Assembly (NCBI RefSeq): GCF_001194135.2
Contig: NC_068990.1
Span: 32,442,417-32,506,416 of the forward strand
DNA length: 64,000 nt
Source of the DNA: Octopus bimaculoides
Lineage: Eukaryota
Direction: 5' to 3'
Shown piece after piece: positions 12,551 to 25,445 of this stretch; positions within the stretch are counted from its first letter, which is position 1; each line of letters begins with the position of its first letter. The position numbers were made by a program, and so were the translations under genes. The notes below the pieces were generated by a model. That model saw only the letters and a program-made list of their open reading frames with translations. It was not told where the DNA came from and searched no databases.

Positions 12551-12956
12551 TAATGTTTGACATGGGTTTGATGATTTGACGGGATTTAATTGATCAGTGG
12601 ACACAGTGTTATGTTCTATTGTCTGCTTCGGCATGGTTTTCTACAGCTGATGTCCTTCCTAACACCAGTCACTTTACAGAGTGTATTGAGCACTCTTTTT
12701 GCTGCACCACCACAGGTAAGGACACCATGTGGCTCATAAACCTAAGAACCCCATTGACTGAGCAGGGCTACTGTAAAGAGAAAAAACAATTTTTTACTAG
12801 GTGGTAAAAGGTTGGAGTATGAAAGAAGGGGTCAGAACCACAAGGAAAATGATAAGAGAAGGGGTAGAGGTGCAAATTAATATTAATAAGAAATACTAAT
12901 AGATTTCATTAACACACACATATATACCTATATATATAAATACATACATATATATA

Positions 12957-12996
<40 letters not shown>

Positions 12997-13024
12997 TGAT
13001 GTTTTTTTAATCTTTTTAATTGGA

Positions 13025-13600
13025 AGGCTCTGTTCATCATGAGATTTGCTTCATGTGGTCAGACGATCAATAAAATGCTATACTTCAATGTCCTGAGGTG
13101 TTTGAGAGAGAAGCAGTACAAAGGAAGGGGCCTTAACCCTTTCGATACCAACCTGGCTGAAACTGCCTCTAGGCTCTGTAGTACAAATGATTTGTTTCCA
13201 TAAGTTTTGAATTAAAATCTTCCACCAAACCTTAGTCACAATTTATGTGCCTAACAGCAGCTTAATGATAACTAAGTTATTTTACTAAATTCTTTAATAT
13301 ATTTAAAATTAATTGAAAGAAACACAAAGCATCGCAACAGAAATATGGTAACAAAAAGGTTAAGCAGGGACAAGTCCTAGATACTGTATGGTAACAACAC
13401 ACTTGCTCACATAAGACTTGTTATCCATGGTTTCTTTTTAGCAAAACACAAGATGATTTTCACTCCCTAGTCACCTAACACTCCTGATCTTTGCCCATTG
13501 GATTAAGTTTTGTTCCCAAAACTGAAATCACCCAGAAAAGTAATTGATTTTAAGAAATTGAAAAGATTGAAGAAAATTCACAATATATAATGATAAAAGT
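13025..13600 (+). mobile_element. mariner transposase relic, split by a MITE
   Basis: HHE(F)ASCGQTINKMLYFNVLRCLRE / RDKS*ILYGNNTLAH...SPNTPDLCPLD*VLFPKLK. Confidence 0.75.
13133..13363. mobile_element. TTAA-flanked MITE, family 1, copy 3 (opposite orientation)
   Basis: TTAACCCTTTCGATACC...GGTAACAAAAAGGTTAA. Confidence 0.85.
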
Positions 13601-14623
13601 GAGGAGGATGTGGAAGGGGAGGATGTGCAAGGTTAACCCTTTAATTTATTCTAACACTGATGGTTTTAATAGAGTCTGAGTGAGTCTCATATCATATTTT
13701 ATAACAAAACAGAATCGAATTTCAAGCATAAATAGCCACACATGCAGGTACATGCACAAATATACAAATATTCACATATGCACACATATGTACCATTACA
13801 CAGACTTGCATTCACTCACACACTTGCATGAACATGCACACACACACACACACTGTCTTGCACATGGATACTAAAGCACCAGGCATGAAATCTCTGAAAT
13901 AAAATCTAAATAAATTTTGTATCTACTAAAGTTCACCTTGTGTGAGATGTGTATGTATTATATGTATATATATCTGTGTGTATATACATACATACATATA
14001 TGTATCTAGAGAAATATAATTATATTTGAATGTGTATATAGATGGTTGGCACAGGCATTGTGGTAGTTGTAAAGTGCATGATTCCATAAGATAAACATAA
14101 TACCACTTTAGAAGCAAAGTATACTAAGGCTTGAGAATTTAGTCACATAAAGCAGCCATATTTGAAAGATCTTATGTAATTTTTTCCTCCAATTTTTGCA
14201 AGTATCAATAAAAAATAGTGATGTTGTGAGAATGGAAGTATTATATTTTTATTCTTTCTAGAAAAATCTCAGCATTTCAAAGATATGAAATGTCAGATTA
14301 TCAAATGGCACTGATAAAATATATGAATTTTATCAATTATTATTTATGTCTGCTATGTGAGACATATTATATTGGTGGCCATGAACCTACTATTTCGGAG
14401 TTCAATTTTGGTATGGGAGACATAATAAACAGATGCAGGGTTTGTAGTGAGGGTTATAGGGTTTGATTCAAGACTATATAGTTTCAAGTTTGACTCCACT
14501 GTATATTGCGGGGCCAAATCTGAAATATCACTCACAAAGCTATGATAGAAAACATTGAACCTTGAGCAAGTGCCTTTAATAAAAACTTTATCAGTAGGTA
14601 TGGCTGTATGATAAGAAGTATAT

Positions 14624-14763
14624 TTCTTACAATCTGTGGCTCATACACACTAACATTACACATCCAGCAAAGCATACTAACTTCATTGGTCCATGAAGTG
14701 CCTTCTGTTAGTGGAAAGTGTGTATCCACCCAAACCGTTCACCAAAGTTTGAACCAGTGTGGT
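14624..14763 (+). repeat. 140-bp inverted duplicate of 18938-19077
   Basis: Manual alignment gives 136/140 identity. Confidence 0.9.
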
Positions 14764-14917
14764 TCATTCACACTGAGAACATACATAACTTCTGTTCCAG
14801 GGATGGTCATAGACTCTTCCAATTTTCCAAATAAATGAATATTGCTGCTCCTAGGGGATGAAAACACCTCCTCATAGGTAAATAACAAATACCAATGATC
14901 GTTGCTTCAAGAGACAC

Positions 14918-15451
14918 CGAGACCTTTGGAAATGTGCTGTGCGTGAGAAGACCCGGCAAGCCAAGTGAGATCGTTGCCAGTGCCCCTGGACTGGCTCTTG
15001 TGCGGGTGGCACATAAGATGTACCATCCTGAGCGTGACCGTTGCCAGTACCGCCTGACTGGCCTTGTAGGGTTTTCGAGCAAGATCATTGCCAGTGCCCC
15101 TGGACTGGCTCTTGTGCGGGTGGCACATAAGATGTACCATCTTAAGCGTGACCATTGNNNNNNNNNNGTTTTCGAGCGAGATTGTTGCCAGTGCCCCTGG
15201 ACTGGCTCTTGTGCGGGTGGCACATAAAAGACACCATTTTGAGCGTGGCTGTTTTCGTGCGGGTGACATGTAAAAGCACCCACTACACTCTCTGAGTGGT
15301 TGGCGTTAGGAAGGGCATCCATCTGTAGAAACTCTGCCAAATTAGATTGGAGCCTGGTGTAGCCATCTGGTTGCACCAGTCCTCAGTCAAATCGTCCAAC
15401 CCATGCTAGCATGGAAAGCGGACGTTAAACGATGATGATGATGATGATGAT
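14918..15451 (+). mobile_element. RTE LINE 3' end with internal tandem repeats and a (GAT)n tail
   Basis: DLWKCAVREKTRQAK*; three copies of TTGCCAGTGCCCCTGGACTGGCTCTTGTGCGGGTGGCACATAA. Confidence 0.85.
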
Positions 15452-15704
15452 AGTTATGCTACTTTCACTTAGTCTTCTACTATAGTTTTTATAGTGCCCA
15501 TTCACTGCAAACCACCGATATTTGTACATTAGCACTTCCTTGAGATAGCCATGCAATTTTAACCAGCTTTTAATTATTTTTTAAATGCCTTCAGAAATTA
15601 AACCATATTATATATATTTTCTGCTTTTACTCATACAAAATTGTCACAGTTATACAGTTTTTACAATGCCCACTCACCGCAAACTGCTGATATTTGCACG
15701 TTAG

Positions 15705-16016
15705 CATAGGGCTGTTGTTGCACCTACAAATGCAACTGTCATCACTCTTAACTACGACTTATTCAGTAAGCTACCTTTTCAAAATCGTTGCTACAGATCT
15801 GCTGACACCATTACTGACCTCAATCAGGTTACACACTTTCCAACAGAATTTCTCAACTCCCAACATCCTCAGGACGCCACCCCCCTCCATGAACTTTACT
15901 TAAAAGTCAGTTGCCCTGTCATCCTCCTATACAATCTAAATGCACCAACACTATGCAATTGTTACATCTGGAAAATATATACAGACCTCTGCAACTCCAT
16001 AACAAAACATCTATAA
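15705..16016 (+). pseudogene. Helitron PIF1-like helicase fragment (open frame, no ATG)
   Basis: RAVVAPTNATV...YRSADT...FPTEFLNS...LHELYLKVSCPVILLYNLNAPTLCN matches the Helitron helicase consensus ERAILAPTN...PTEFLNS...PPH.L.LKVG.PV.LLRNL....LCNG. Confidence 0.8.
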
Positions 16017-16529
16017 TTCTATTTCTCCTGCAATGAAATCAAATATTTATATTTGCAGATCCAGGAAACCCATACAAACAAATAAATTTTCTTTGTTTAT
16101 CTTATTTTTCTTTTTTCATATTCTCCTCTATCCTTGCTATCAGAAAATCCGTGTGCCAACAAAAAAAATAATCTGGTGCTTTTTTTTTGTTTTAGTGTAT
16201 TTTTTTTTTTAGAAACACATCTTCCTCCAGAAAATAACACCTGTCATTTACAGAGAGTGAAGGGGAAGGATGCAAGTTAGAATTTGTTCTCAGCACTGAA
16301 ATTTAATGAGCGCTTTTTAATTATGCAATGGAGCTGCTGCTGATGCGGACTATATTGCTAATTATCAAATCTTAATTATCCTTTTAATTTTGGTTTTAAA
16401 AGATAGCATGGTGTAAAATTTGCACTCTATCAGGATCCCTTTGAAGAAAACTCCCTGAAAAATTTATTTCTGGATTGTCAGTTTGATGTTGAAATAATAA
16501 AGTACATTGAAGCTCTCGTGTAATGGAAT

Positions 16530-17574
16530 ATTCTTATTGTGTGCATGTGTTATGGATGCATGTGTGTGTGCATGCATGTATGTGTCTGCATCATGTATGC
16601 ATCATGAGTGAATGCATGTCAGTTTGTGTATGTTTGAGTTGTGAATGCATGTATGCATGGTATGTGTGTGTATGTGCATGTGTCTGTATGTGTGTGCCTA
16701 TTTGTTGTGTATATGCCTGTCTGTGTGTGAATGCATGAGTATATGTGTATATATATATGGGTGTATGTATGCATGTGAGTCCATGTAAATGTGCTATGGA
16801 TGCATGTATGTGTGTATGTGTGCATGTGTGTGAGTGAATGTGTGTGCGTGTGCGCATGTGTGTGTGCATCATGTATGCATCATGAGTGAATGTCTGTCAG
16901 TTTACATATGCGTGAATTGTGAATGTATGTGTGTATGTGTGTCTGTATGTGTGTACCTGTGTGTATATGTATTGCGTATATGTCTGTCTGTGTGTGAATG
17001 CATGTGTATTTGTGTATATATGTATGCATGTGAGTGTTTGTAAACAGCAGTGTATGTATGTGTGTATGTGTGTGTGTGTATGGTTCACATATACACTAAG
17101 ATGGAATGTGTGTCCATTTATCTGTGTGTCTGTGTTGTGTATCTATCTGTGTGTGAGTGCATGTATGCATGTGTACATGTGTATGTATATGGGTGTATGT
17201 ATGCATGCGAGCTCAAGTAAACAGCTGTGTGTGTATGTTTGTGTCATGTACGCATGTGTGTGTGTGTGTGTGTGTCTATCTGTGTATGTGAGGGTTGTGT
17301 ATGTGTATGCCTGTCTGCATGTATAGATGTCTATGTATGTGTGTGTCTGTTTATGTGTCTATGTGTTGCATATGTCTGTGTGTGTATCTTTGTTTATGTG
17401 TGTGTAAATGTGTGTGTGTGAGTGTATATAAATGATGTATGTGTATATGAGTGTATGCATATGTGTATGTGTATACAAGTGTGTTTGTGCATTTTGTGCT
17501 TGTGTGTTTGTTTGTTGCTGCTTATGCATGTATGTGTGAGGCTGTCTGTGTATGTGCATGTGTACATGTGAGGA

Positions 17575-17606
<32 letters not shown>

Positions 17607-17780
17607 ATATTTACAAATGTGTGTATGTAAATATGTGCATGCGTGAGCATCTATTTTTGTGTAGGCGTGCATGTATGTATACATGTTTGTACAAATGTAT
17701 ATGTGTGAACATATATGTGCATGCATGCATGCATGCATGTGTGTGTGTGTGTGTGTGTGCGTGTGTACATGTATGTTTCT
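16530..17780. repeat. Degenerate TG/TATG/TGCA microsatellite with internal duplicated blocks
   Basis: GCATCATGTATGCATCATGAGTGAATG occurs at about 16588 and 16866; ATGGGTGTATGTATGCATG at about 16757 and 17189. Confidence 0.9.
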
Positions 17781-17983
17781 GTGTGCTACCTAGAAATTGG
17801 ATACAGTAGAATAGGACCCAAAAAAGACCCCCACCAAACAGAATATTTTTTGTATAGGTCAATGCACGAGTTACTAGGTGTTAAGTCATTCCCAACTGTG
17901 AGGGGTTGACATGGCATAATATTTTCGTTAGAGCTAGTTTCAATTTGGGGGTTATGGTGTTCATTATAAAGATTATATTGTAA

Positions 17984-18034
<51 letters not shown>

Positions 18035-18037
<3 letters not shown>

Positions 18038-19012
18038 TGTCTCACAGAAATATTTACACCCCTAAAAGAAATTTCAATAAAATTGTCATTAATCTGATCA
18101 TATCAAAGGAAATCAAATGAAATTTATACTGGATAAGATATATTATTCATGCAAACATTATACAAATTTGGAACACAAAACAAATATTTTCAAAGATATG
18201 AACGAAATATTAATTTTCAAATGATACAAAAATATGTACTATCCGAAAGGATTATTTGCTATATTCAATATTTGGTGTGACTGCCCTTGCTTTCAATGAC
18301 TGCATTAAGTCTTCTGGGCAGAGAGTCAACTAAGTTTCCACATATAACCAATAAAATCGACCTCCATTCATCCTGAATGATGTCTTTCAGCTGTGTTACA
18401 TTGCGGGGTTTTTTCTCCTCAATCTTCCTTTTCAAAATACTCTACAGATGTTCTATTGGGTTTAAGTCAGGTGATAGGGTAGGCCAAGACAATACCTTTA
18501 CCTTTTTATCTGATGAAAACTTAGTCGTCATCTTTTAGGGTCATTATCATGTTGGAACATGCAATGTCTTCCTAGGTCCTTGATGCTTTTCAATATTGTT
18601 TTCTGCAATATGTCACAATAAAGCCTTGAGTCCATTGTTCTGTCAATATATGGTGAATCCTCTCACACCAGCTGCACTCATGCATCCCCAAAGCATAAAA
18701 CTTCTTCCACCATGTTTCACAATAGGCATGGTGCATTTGTTACTATTATCTTCACCTGGTCATCGCCATACTTATTTAATACCATCTGACCCAAACAAGT
18801 TGATTTTAGTCTTGTCAGAAAAAAGAATTTTATTCCAAAACTCCTTCCCCTTAGTCACATAGGTTTTGGCAAAAGAAAGATGACTTGATTTATGCCTGGT
18901 AATGAGGAGGCTTCTTACGAGGAATGCATCCATGAAGACCACACTGGTTCAAACTTTGGTGAACTGTTTGGGTGGATACACTCTTTCCACTAACAGAAGG
19001 CACTTCATGGAC
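18035..19012 (-). mobile_element. Tc1-family (DD34E) transposon relic with 3' TIR
   Basis: TA-CAGTGTCTCACAGAAATATTTACACCCC TIR; minus-strand VSTQTVHQSLNQCGLHGCIPRKKP, FWNKILFSDKTKINLFGSDG, VKHGGRSFMLWGCM, FQHDNDPK, WPTLSPDLNPIEHL, KGSHTKY* (stop 18265-18267). Confidence 0.92.
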
Positions 19013-19590
19013 CAATGAAGTTAGTATGCTTTGCTGGATGTGTAATGTTAGTGTGCATGAGCCACAGAGTGTAAGAATCTTGAGAGAAAAACTGGGCATA
19101 AGAGGCGTGCAAGAAGATGTGGTGTGCAAGAGAGACGAATGTACTGGTTTGGAAATGTGATGCATATCGACAAGAACAGCTGTGTAAGGAAGTGCTGATC
19201 TCTAACTGTGAAAGGAACCTGTGGAAGAGGTAAACCCAGAAAGACATGGGATGAGGTGGCGAAACATGATCTTCGAATGTTAGGCCACATGGAGGCAATG
19301 ACTAGTGACAGAAACCTTTGGTGATATACTGTGCTTGAGAAGACTCCTCAAATCAAGTGAAATTGTAGTTGTGGCCATTGTTAGTGTCATGTAAATGGCA
19401 CCCATGCTGGTGGCACGTAAAGAGCACCCATTACATACTTGGAGCAGTTGGCGTTAGGAAGGGCATCCAGCTGTAGAAACCAAGCCAAAATCAGACAGGG
19501 ACCTGGTGCAGCTCTCTGGTTTACCAGTTCCAATGAAATTGTCTAACCCATACCAGCATGAAAAGCAGACGTTAAGTGATGATGATGATG
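19013..19590 (+). mobile_element. RTE LINE 3' end
   Basis: NEVSMLCWMCNVSVHEPQSVRILREKLGIRG...WFGNVMHIDKNSCVRKC...CGRGKPRKTWDEVAKHDLR, then 3' UTR and (GAT)n. Confidence 0.88.
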
Positions 19591-19614
19591 ATATATACAC
19601 ACACATACATGCAT

Positions 19615-19668
<54 letters not shown>

Positions 19669-21140
19669 CAAGGTCATTACTTTTCTCATTTATAAAGATT
19701 AGCCAATATCATTCATACTCAGTCACTTTCTCGACTTACATCAACTCAAAAACTCTTCTTAAATTCACATTACATTTCCAAATGAATGTACTTCGTAGAT
19801 TTAACACTGAAACATGTGACTGCATCTGACATGGACTAAACTCTACATATAAACTTACACACTGTGTATTACATGTACAAAGTACCACATTTAAACATGC
19901 AGGATTGTTATTGAAAAATATAAAACCTTAGAGTTAAACCTGTTATTTTTCTCCTTCATGGATTTCAATGAAGAAAACAAAATCTAGGCTTATTTAAGTT
20001 TCATAACTTTTTTTATATTTTCAATTTCTTTATGTCATTCTTGCTAAGTTACAGATTTGTTTTCAAAGATTTTTTTTTTTAATATAACCAAATGGAATTG
20101 TTTGAAGTAAGTTTTGGTAAATAATTCTGATGAAGAAACATTGAATTAGTGAGAAGAAAGCAATGAAATAGTTAGATTTAGATTATTGAATGCTTGAACA
20201 GATCGACATTCTGCTGTCAGGAATGATTATGGAACTAACAAGAAAGGGAATGGTTATGAAACTAATAAGAAAAACTAAGAATAAAATGACAACAAAGAGA
20301 AATACTAACAACAAACAATAGCCACAGCAATAGTACCAAGAATATTGAAAACCAAAATATAAAATAGAAATATTAAAATGTATCTTTTCAATGTTTTTCT
20401 GATATGTATACATGCATACATATCTATACATGCATACAAACCTACCTACCTACTTACCTACACACACACACAACNNNNNNNNNNNNNNNNNNNNNNNNNN
20501 NNNNNNNNNNNNNNNNNNNNNNNNNNNNNNNNNNNNNNNNNNNNNNNNNNNNNNNNNNNNNNNNNNNNNNNNNNNNNNNNNNNNNNNNNNNNNNNNNNNN
20601 NNNNNNNNNNNNNNNNNNNNNNNNNNNNNNNNNNNNNNNNNNNNNNNNNNNNNNNNNNNNNNNNNNNNNNNNNNNNNNNNNNNNNNNNNNNNNNNNNNNN
20701 NNNNNNNNNNNNNNNNNNNNNNNNNNNNNNNNNNNNNNNNNNNNNNNNNNNNNNNNNNNNNNNNNNNNNNNNNNNNNNNNNNNNNNNNNNNNNNNNNNNN
20801 NNNNNNNNNNNNNNNNNNNNNNNNNNNNNNNNNNNNNNNNNNNNNNNNNNNNNNNNNNNNNNNNNNNNNNNNNNNNNNNNNNNNNNNNNNNNNNNNNNNN
20901 NNNNNNNNNNNNNNNNNNNNNNNNNNNNNNNNNNNNNNNNNNNNNNNNNNNNNNNNNNNNNNNNNNNNNNNNNNNNNNNNNNNNNNNNNNNNNNNNNNNN
21001 NNNNNNNNNNNNNNNNNNNNNNNNNNNNNNNNNNNNNNNNNNNNNNNNNNNNNNNNNNNNNNNNNNNNNNNNNNNNNNNNNNNNNNNTAATCTCTAAGTA
21101 TATATATATATATATATATAGATATTTATATATATATATA

Positions 21141-21553
21141 CTCTTTTACTCTTTTACTTGTTTCAGTCATTTTGACTGCGGCCATGCTGGAGCACCGCCT
21201 TTAGTCGAGCAAGTCGACCCAGGACTTATTCTTTGGAAGCCTAGTACTTATTCTATCGATCTCTTTTGCCGAACCGCTAAGTTACGGGGACGTAAACACA
21301 CCAGCATCGGTTGTCAAGCGATGTTGGGGAGACAAACACAGACACACAAACACATACACACACATACATACACATATATATACATATATACGACGGGCTT
21401 ATTTCAGTTTCTGCCTAACAAATCCACTCACAAGGCTTTGGTCGGCCCGAGGCTATAGTAGAAGACACTTGCCCAGGGTGCCACGCAGTGGGACTGAACC
21501 CAGAACCATGTGGTTGGTAAGCAAGCTACTTACCATGCAACCACTCCTGCACC
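21141..21553 (-). mobile_element. SINE family A, full length
   Basis: Complete reverse-complement copy of the 7368-8070 family without the insertion. Confidence 0.92.
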
Positions 21554-21571
21554 TATATATATATATATATC

Positions 21572-21605
<34 letters not shown>

Positions 21606-21666
21606 CACACACACACTATCATATATATCTATCTCCACTGTTTACATTTTAGAAAGCAGAATATGT

Positions 21667-21698
<32 letters not shown>

Positions 21699-21898
21699 AC
21701 ACAAATACACACACTCACCCATATGTATATCTATTTTATCTTTTATATCTTTGATCTTTTACTTGTTCCAGTCATTGGACTGCAGCCATGCTGGGCATTT
21801 CCTTGAAAAAAATATGTATGCGTGTATGTGTGTATGTGTGTATATCTGTCTGTCTATCTATCTATTTATCTACCTGTCTGTCTGTCTGTCTGTCTGTC

Positions 21899-21945
<47 letters not shown>

Positions 21946-21949
21946 TGAT

Positions 21950-22386
21950 TAGGTAAAGTTAGTTATGGGGTTACCCTGAGTTTCATAGCCATAAAGTGAT
22001 TAGCTTTACAACTTCAGATCTTAATGGCTAGTTGCCTATAACCTCTCTTCAAAGTGGAGAAGGAAAAGACCTCATGGTTAATTGTTGAACACATGGACAA
22101 AGGAGAAGGGATTGTTTCCCTTAGACCACTATCTGTAATCGACCTGGTCAGCTTGTGGGTTCCAGGACTTCAACAGGAATTTCCTGAAGTGTTAGTAGGG
22201 TCTGAAAACTTCTGTCCTGGAATTTAAGATGTTCCTCAGGTTGAGGGAGTTCTTTAATATTCTCATCCGTTCAGCTATGCACTGCTTGCAATGCTTGCTC
22301 CCGTTGATGTAGGGGCCAGGTTTTTCTAGGATCTGTCTATGAACATGTGGCACAAAACTGATTTGATGTTTTAAGGAAGGTAACAC
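21950..22386 (-). mobile_element. Penelope-like element 3' fragment (C-terminal part of the GIY-YIG endonuclease region plus 3' flank)
   Basis: ILEKPGPYINGSKHCKQCIAERMRILKNSLNLRNILNSRTEVFRPY*HFRKFLLKS resembles the PLE C-terminal pattern C.LC..EK..I...LLNKRSE....CRH..KFLL. Confidence 0.7.
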
Positions 22387-23290
22387 CAGCCTTCAAGACA
22401 AATGAAGATAAAGGAGGTCTTCTGTTGTGGAAGATGAGGCCTTGTTTGAAATTGAACAACAGCCAAGCACGGCACTTGTACATTGTTGGCAAAACTTTGT
22501 CCTTCACAAAGCACCATCAATCAACACTGCCATAAGTTTGGCCTTGTGAACAGATGCTGTTGAGAAGCTCTTTATGAACTGATCAATGACCAAGCTCAAT
22601 GACATGTGAATGTTTGCAAACAACAGCTGGCAAATCCTTGAGATGTCTGTTTTTGGCATCAAATTGTAATTGGGGATGAAAAATGGATCTATTTGCATAA
22701 TCCTAATAAGAGAAATCAGTAGCTTTATTCCAGCCAGGCTTCAGAACATGTTGTCAAACATGGGTGGTTTGAACAGAATGTTGTGTTGTGTGTTTAGTGG
22801 AATTTTGAGGAGTGTTATACTTTGAGCTTGTCCCAGATGGTCGTGTTGTGAATGCTAACCTTTATACTCAACAACTACAGTGACATTGGTCAATAAAAGA
22901 CATGTAGTCCTACAGCATAACAATGCCCCAGCACACACTGCCAATGTGACCAAGTGCAAACTTGAGGAACTTGTGAGGTTGGAAGTGCTGTCTCACCTTG
23001 CCTACACGTCAGATCTTGCACCATCAGATTACCACCTTTTCTGAGCCATGTCTCATTTTATGCACAGATGGAGGTTCAACAATGTGGATGAGGTTGAAAA
23101 CGGGTGCAGGGAGTTTCTCTCTCTAAACCAGCTGAATGTTATAAGTGTGGAACTGAGCTTCTGGCACAATGATAGCAACAGACATTAGAATATACTGGGA
23201 TATATTTTGATGAATAAATGTTTTCCATATGTAATTTGTTTGAACTACTAGTTAAAGCTTAAAATGCAAGAAACTTTTGTCTCAACCTTT
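22387..23290 (+). mobile_element. mariner (DD34D-type) transposon relic with 3' end
   Basis: WHQIVIGDEKWIY, LQHNNAPAH, YTSDLAPSDYHLF; TIR-like GCAAGAAACTTTTGTCTCAACCT. Confidence 0.9.
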
Positions 23291-24314
23291 CATATAATAA
23301 TGTAGTTGAGTAGAATATCATTGGTTATGGCAACAAACTGGTCAGAAAGTTACCATTGGTTTCACATCTACTGTTGCACTTGGCATTAAATATAATCCAT
23401 CAAACCTGCTGGCCAGAAGCACATAGCCTCATTATTAATGGAGGCAAATATAGAGTCTTGGTCAGTTTGGTGGTGAAAAAGGGTGAAATGAAAAAAGCTG
23501 TTCTGAGCAAAATTACATTGGCATGTTAGGCTTCACAGTAAACCTTGCTAAAACTGTTATTCGTTATTTATTAGCTCTATCCTCGAAAACCTCATGTTTA
23601 ATTAATCACAAACCATCAAAAGCACAAATAGAGGAATTAAGTTATCCACTACAATAACAGCTTAATTTCTGAATACTTTTACTTTTAGCAGTTGAATGTT
23701 CTGTGTTATTCATTGTAAAAATAAATCTTTACATTGCAGAGTAGTGCTAAATGATAGTCACCATCATACATGCAGGTTATTAATTTCAAATGCTCCATGG
23801 AAACAAGCCTCGGCATGGAAAAATATTGATTTCAAATTTTGGCACAAGGCCAGCAATTTCAGGAGAGTGGGAATGTTGATTGTACCAACCTCAGAGTGTA
23901 ACTGATACTTATTTTATCAACCTCAAAAAGATGACAGATAAAGTAGACCTTGGCCAAATTTGAATTCAGAAAGTAAAGACAGATTAAATGCTGCTAAGCA
24001 TTTTGCCTGCTATGCTAACCATTTTACCATCTTGCCACCTTGACATGGAGAAAGATTACCTTGTTTGGAAACATGTTAGAGTTGGTAGGAAGAAGGATAT
24101 CAGGCTGTGGAAAATCTGCCTCAAGGTGTGTGTTCAAATGATGATATCAATAGATGTGTGTGTGTGAGGGTGTGTGTGTGTATTTGCATGTGTATATATA
24201 TACATATATGTATATACACAAAGACTTATATTTATATATGTTTAAATATACATGCATACATGTGTATATATCTTTAATGTCTTTAAAGTGTTTCAGCTCT
24301 AGAGCAGCAATCAT

Positions 24315-24373
<59 letters not shown>

Positions 24374-25410
24374 NNNNNNNNNNNNNNNNNNNNNNNNNNN
24401 NNNNNNNNNNNNNNNNNNNNNNNNNNNNNNNNNNNNNNNNNNNNNNNNNNNNNNNNNNNNNNNNNNNNNNNNNNNNNNNNNNNNNNNNNNNNNNNNNNNN
24501 NNNNNNNNNNNNNNNNNNNNNNNNNNNNNNNNNNNNNNNNNNNNNNNNNNNNNNNNNNNNNNNNNNNNNNNNNNNNNNNNNNNNNNNNNNNNNNNNNNNN
24601 NNNNNNNNNNNNNNNNNNNNNNNNNNNNNNNNNNNNNNNNNNNNNNNNNNNNNNNNNNNNNNNNNNNNNNNNNNNNNNNNNNNNNNNNNNNNNNNNNNNN
24701 NNNNNNNNNNNNNNNNNNNNNNNNNNNNNNNNNNNNNNNNNNNNNNNNNNNNNNNNNNNNNNNNNNNNNNNNNNNNNNNNNNNNNNNNNNNNNNNNNNNN
24801 NNNNNNNNNNNNNNNNNNNNNNNNNNNNNNNNNNNNNNNNNNNNNNNNNNNNNNNNNNNNNNNNNNNNNNNNNNNNNNNNNNNNNNNNNNNNNNNNNNNN
24901 NNNNNNNNNNNNNNNNNNNNNNNNNNNNNNNNNNNNNNNNNNNNNNNNNNNNNNNNNNNNNNNNNNNNNNNNNNNNNNNNNNNNNNNNNNNNNNNNNNNN
25001 NNNNNNNNNNNNNNNNNNNNNNNNNNNNNNNNNNNNNNNNNNNNNNNNNNNNNNNNNNNNNNNNNNNNNNNNNNNNNNNNNNNNNNNNNNNNNNNNNNNN
25101 NNNNNNNNNNNNNNNNNNNNNNNNNNNNNNNNNNNNNNNNNNNNNNNNNNNNNNNNNNNNNNNNNNNNNNNNNNNNNNNNNNNNNNNNNNNNNNNNNNNN
25201 NNNNNNNNNNNNNNNNNNNNNNNNNNNNNNNNNNNNNNNNNNNNNNNNNNNNNNNNNNNNNNNNNNNNNNNNNNNNNNNNNNNNNNNNNNNNNNNNNNNN
25301 NNNNNNNNNNNNNNNNNNNNNNNNNNNNNNNNNNNNNNNNNNNNNNNNNATATATATATATATATATATATACATATATATAATATAGAGAGATGGATAG
25401 ATAAATAGAC

Positions 25411-25445
<35 letters not shown>

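Noticed and set aside
11924-12634. 236-aa acidic Asp/Gly ORF
   Set aside because: Product of a (GAT)n tract, open in several frames, with no splice or promoter support.
21960-22060. Possible hammerhead in the PLE 3' flank (CTGAAG...GAAACTCAGGGTA on the minus strand)
   Set aside because: Core and stems could not be assembled convincingly.
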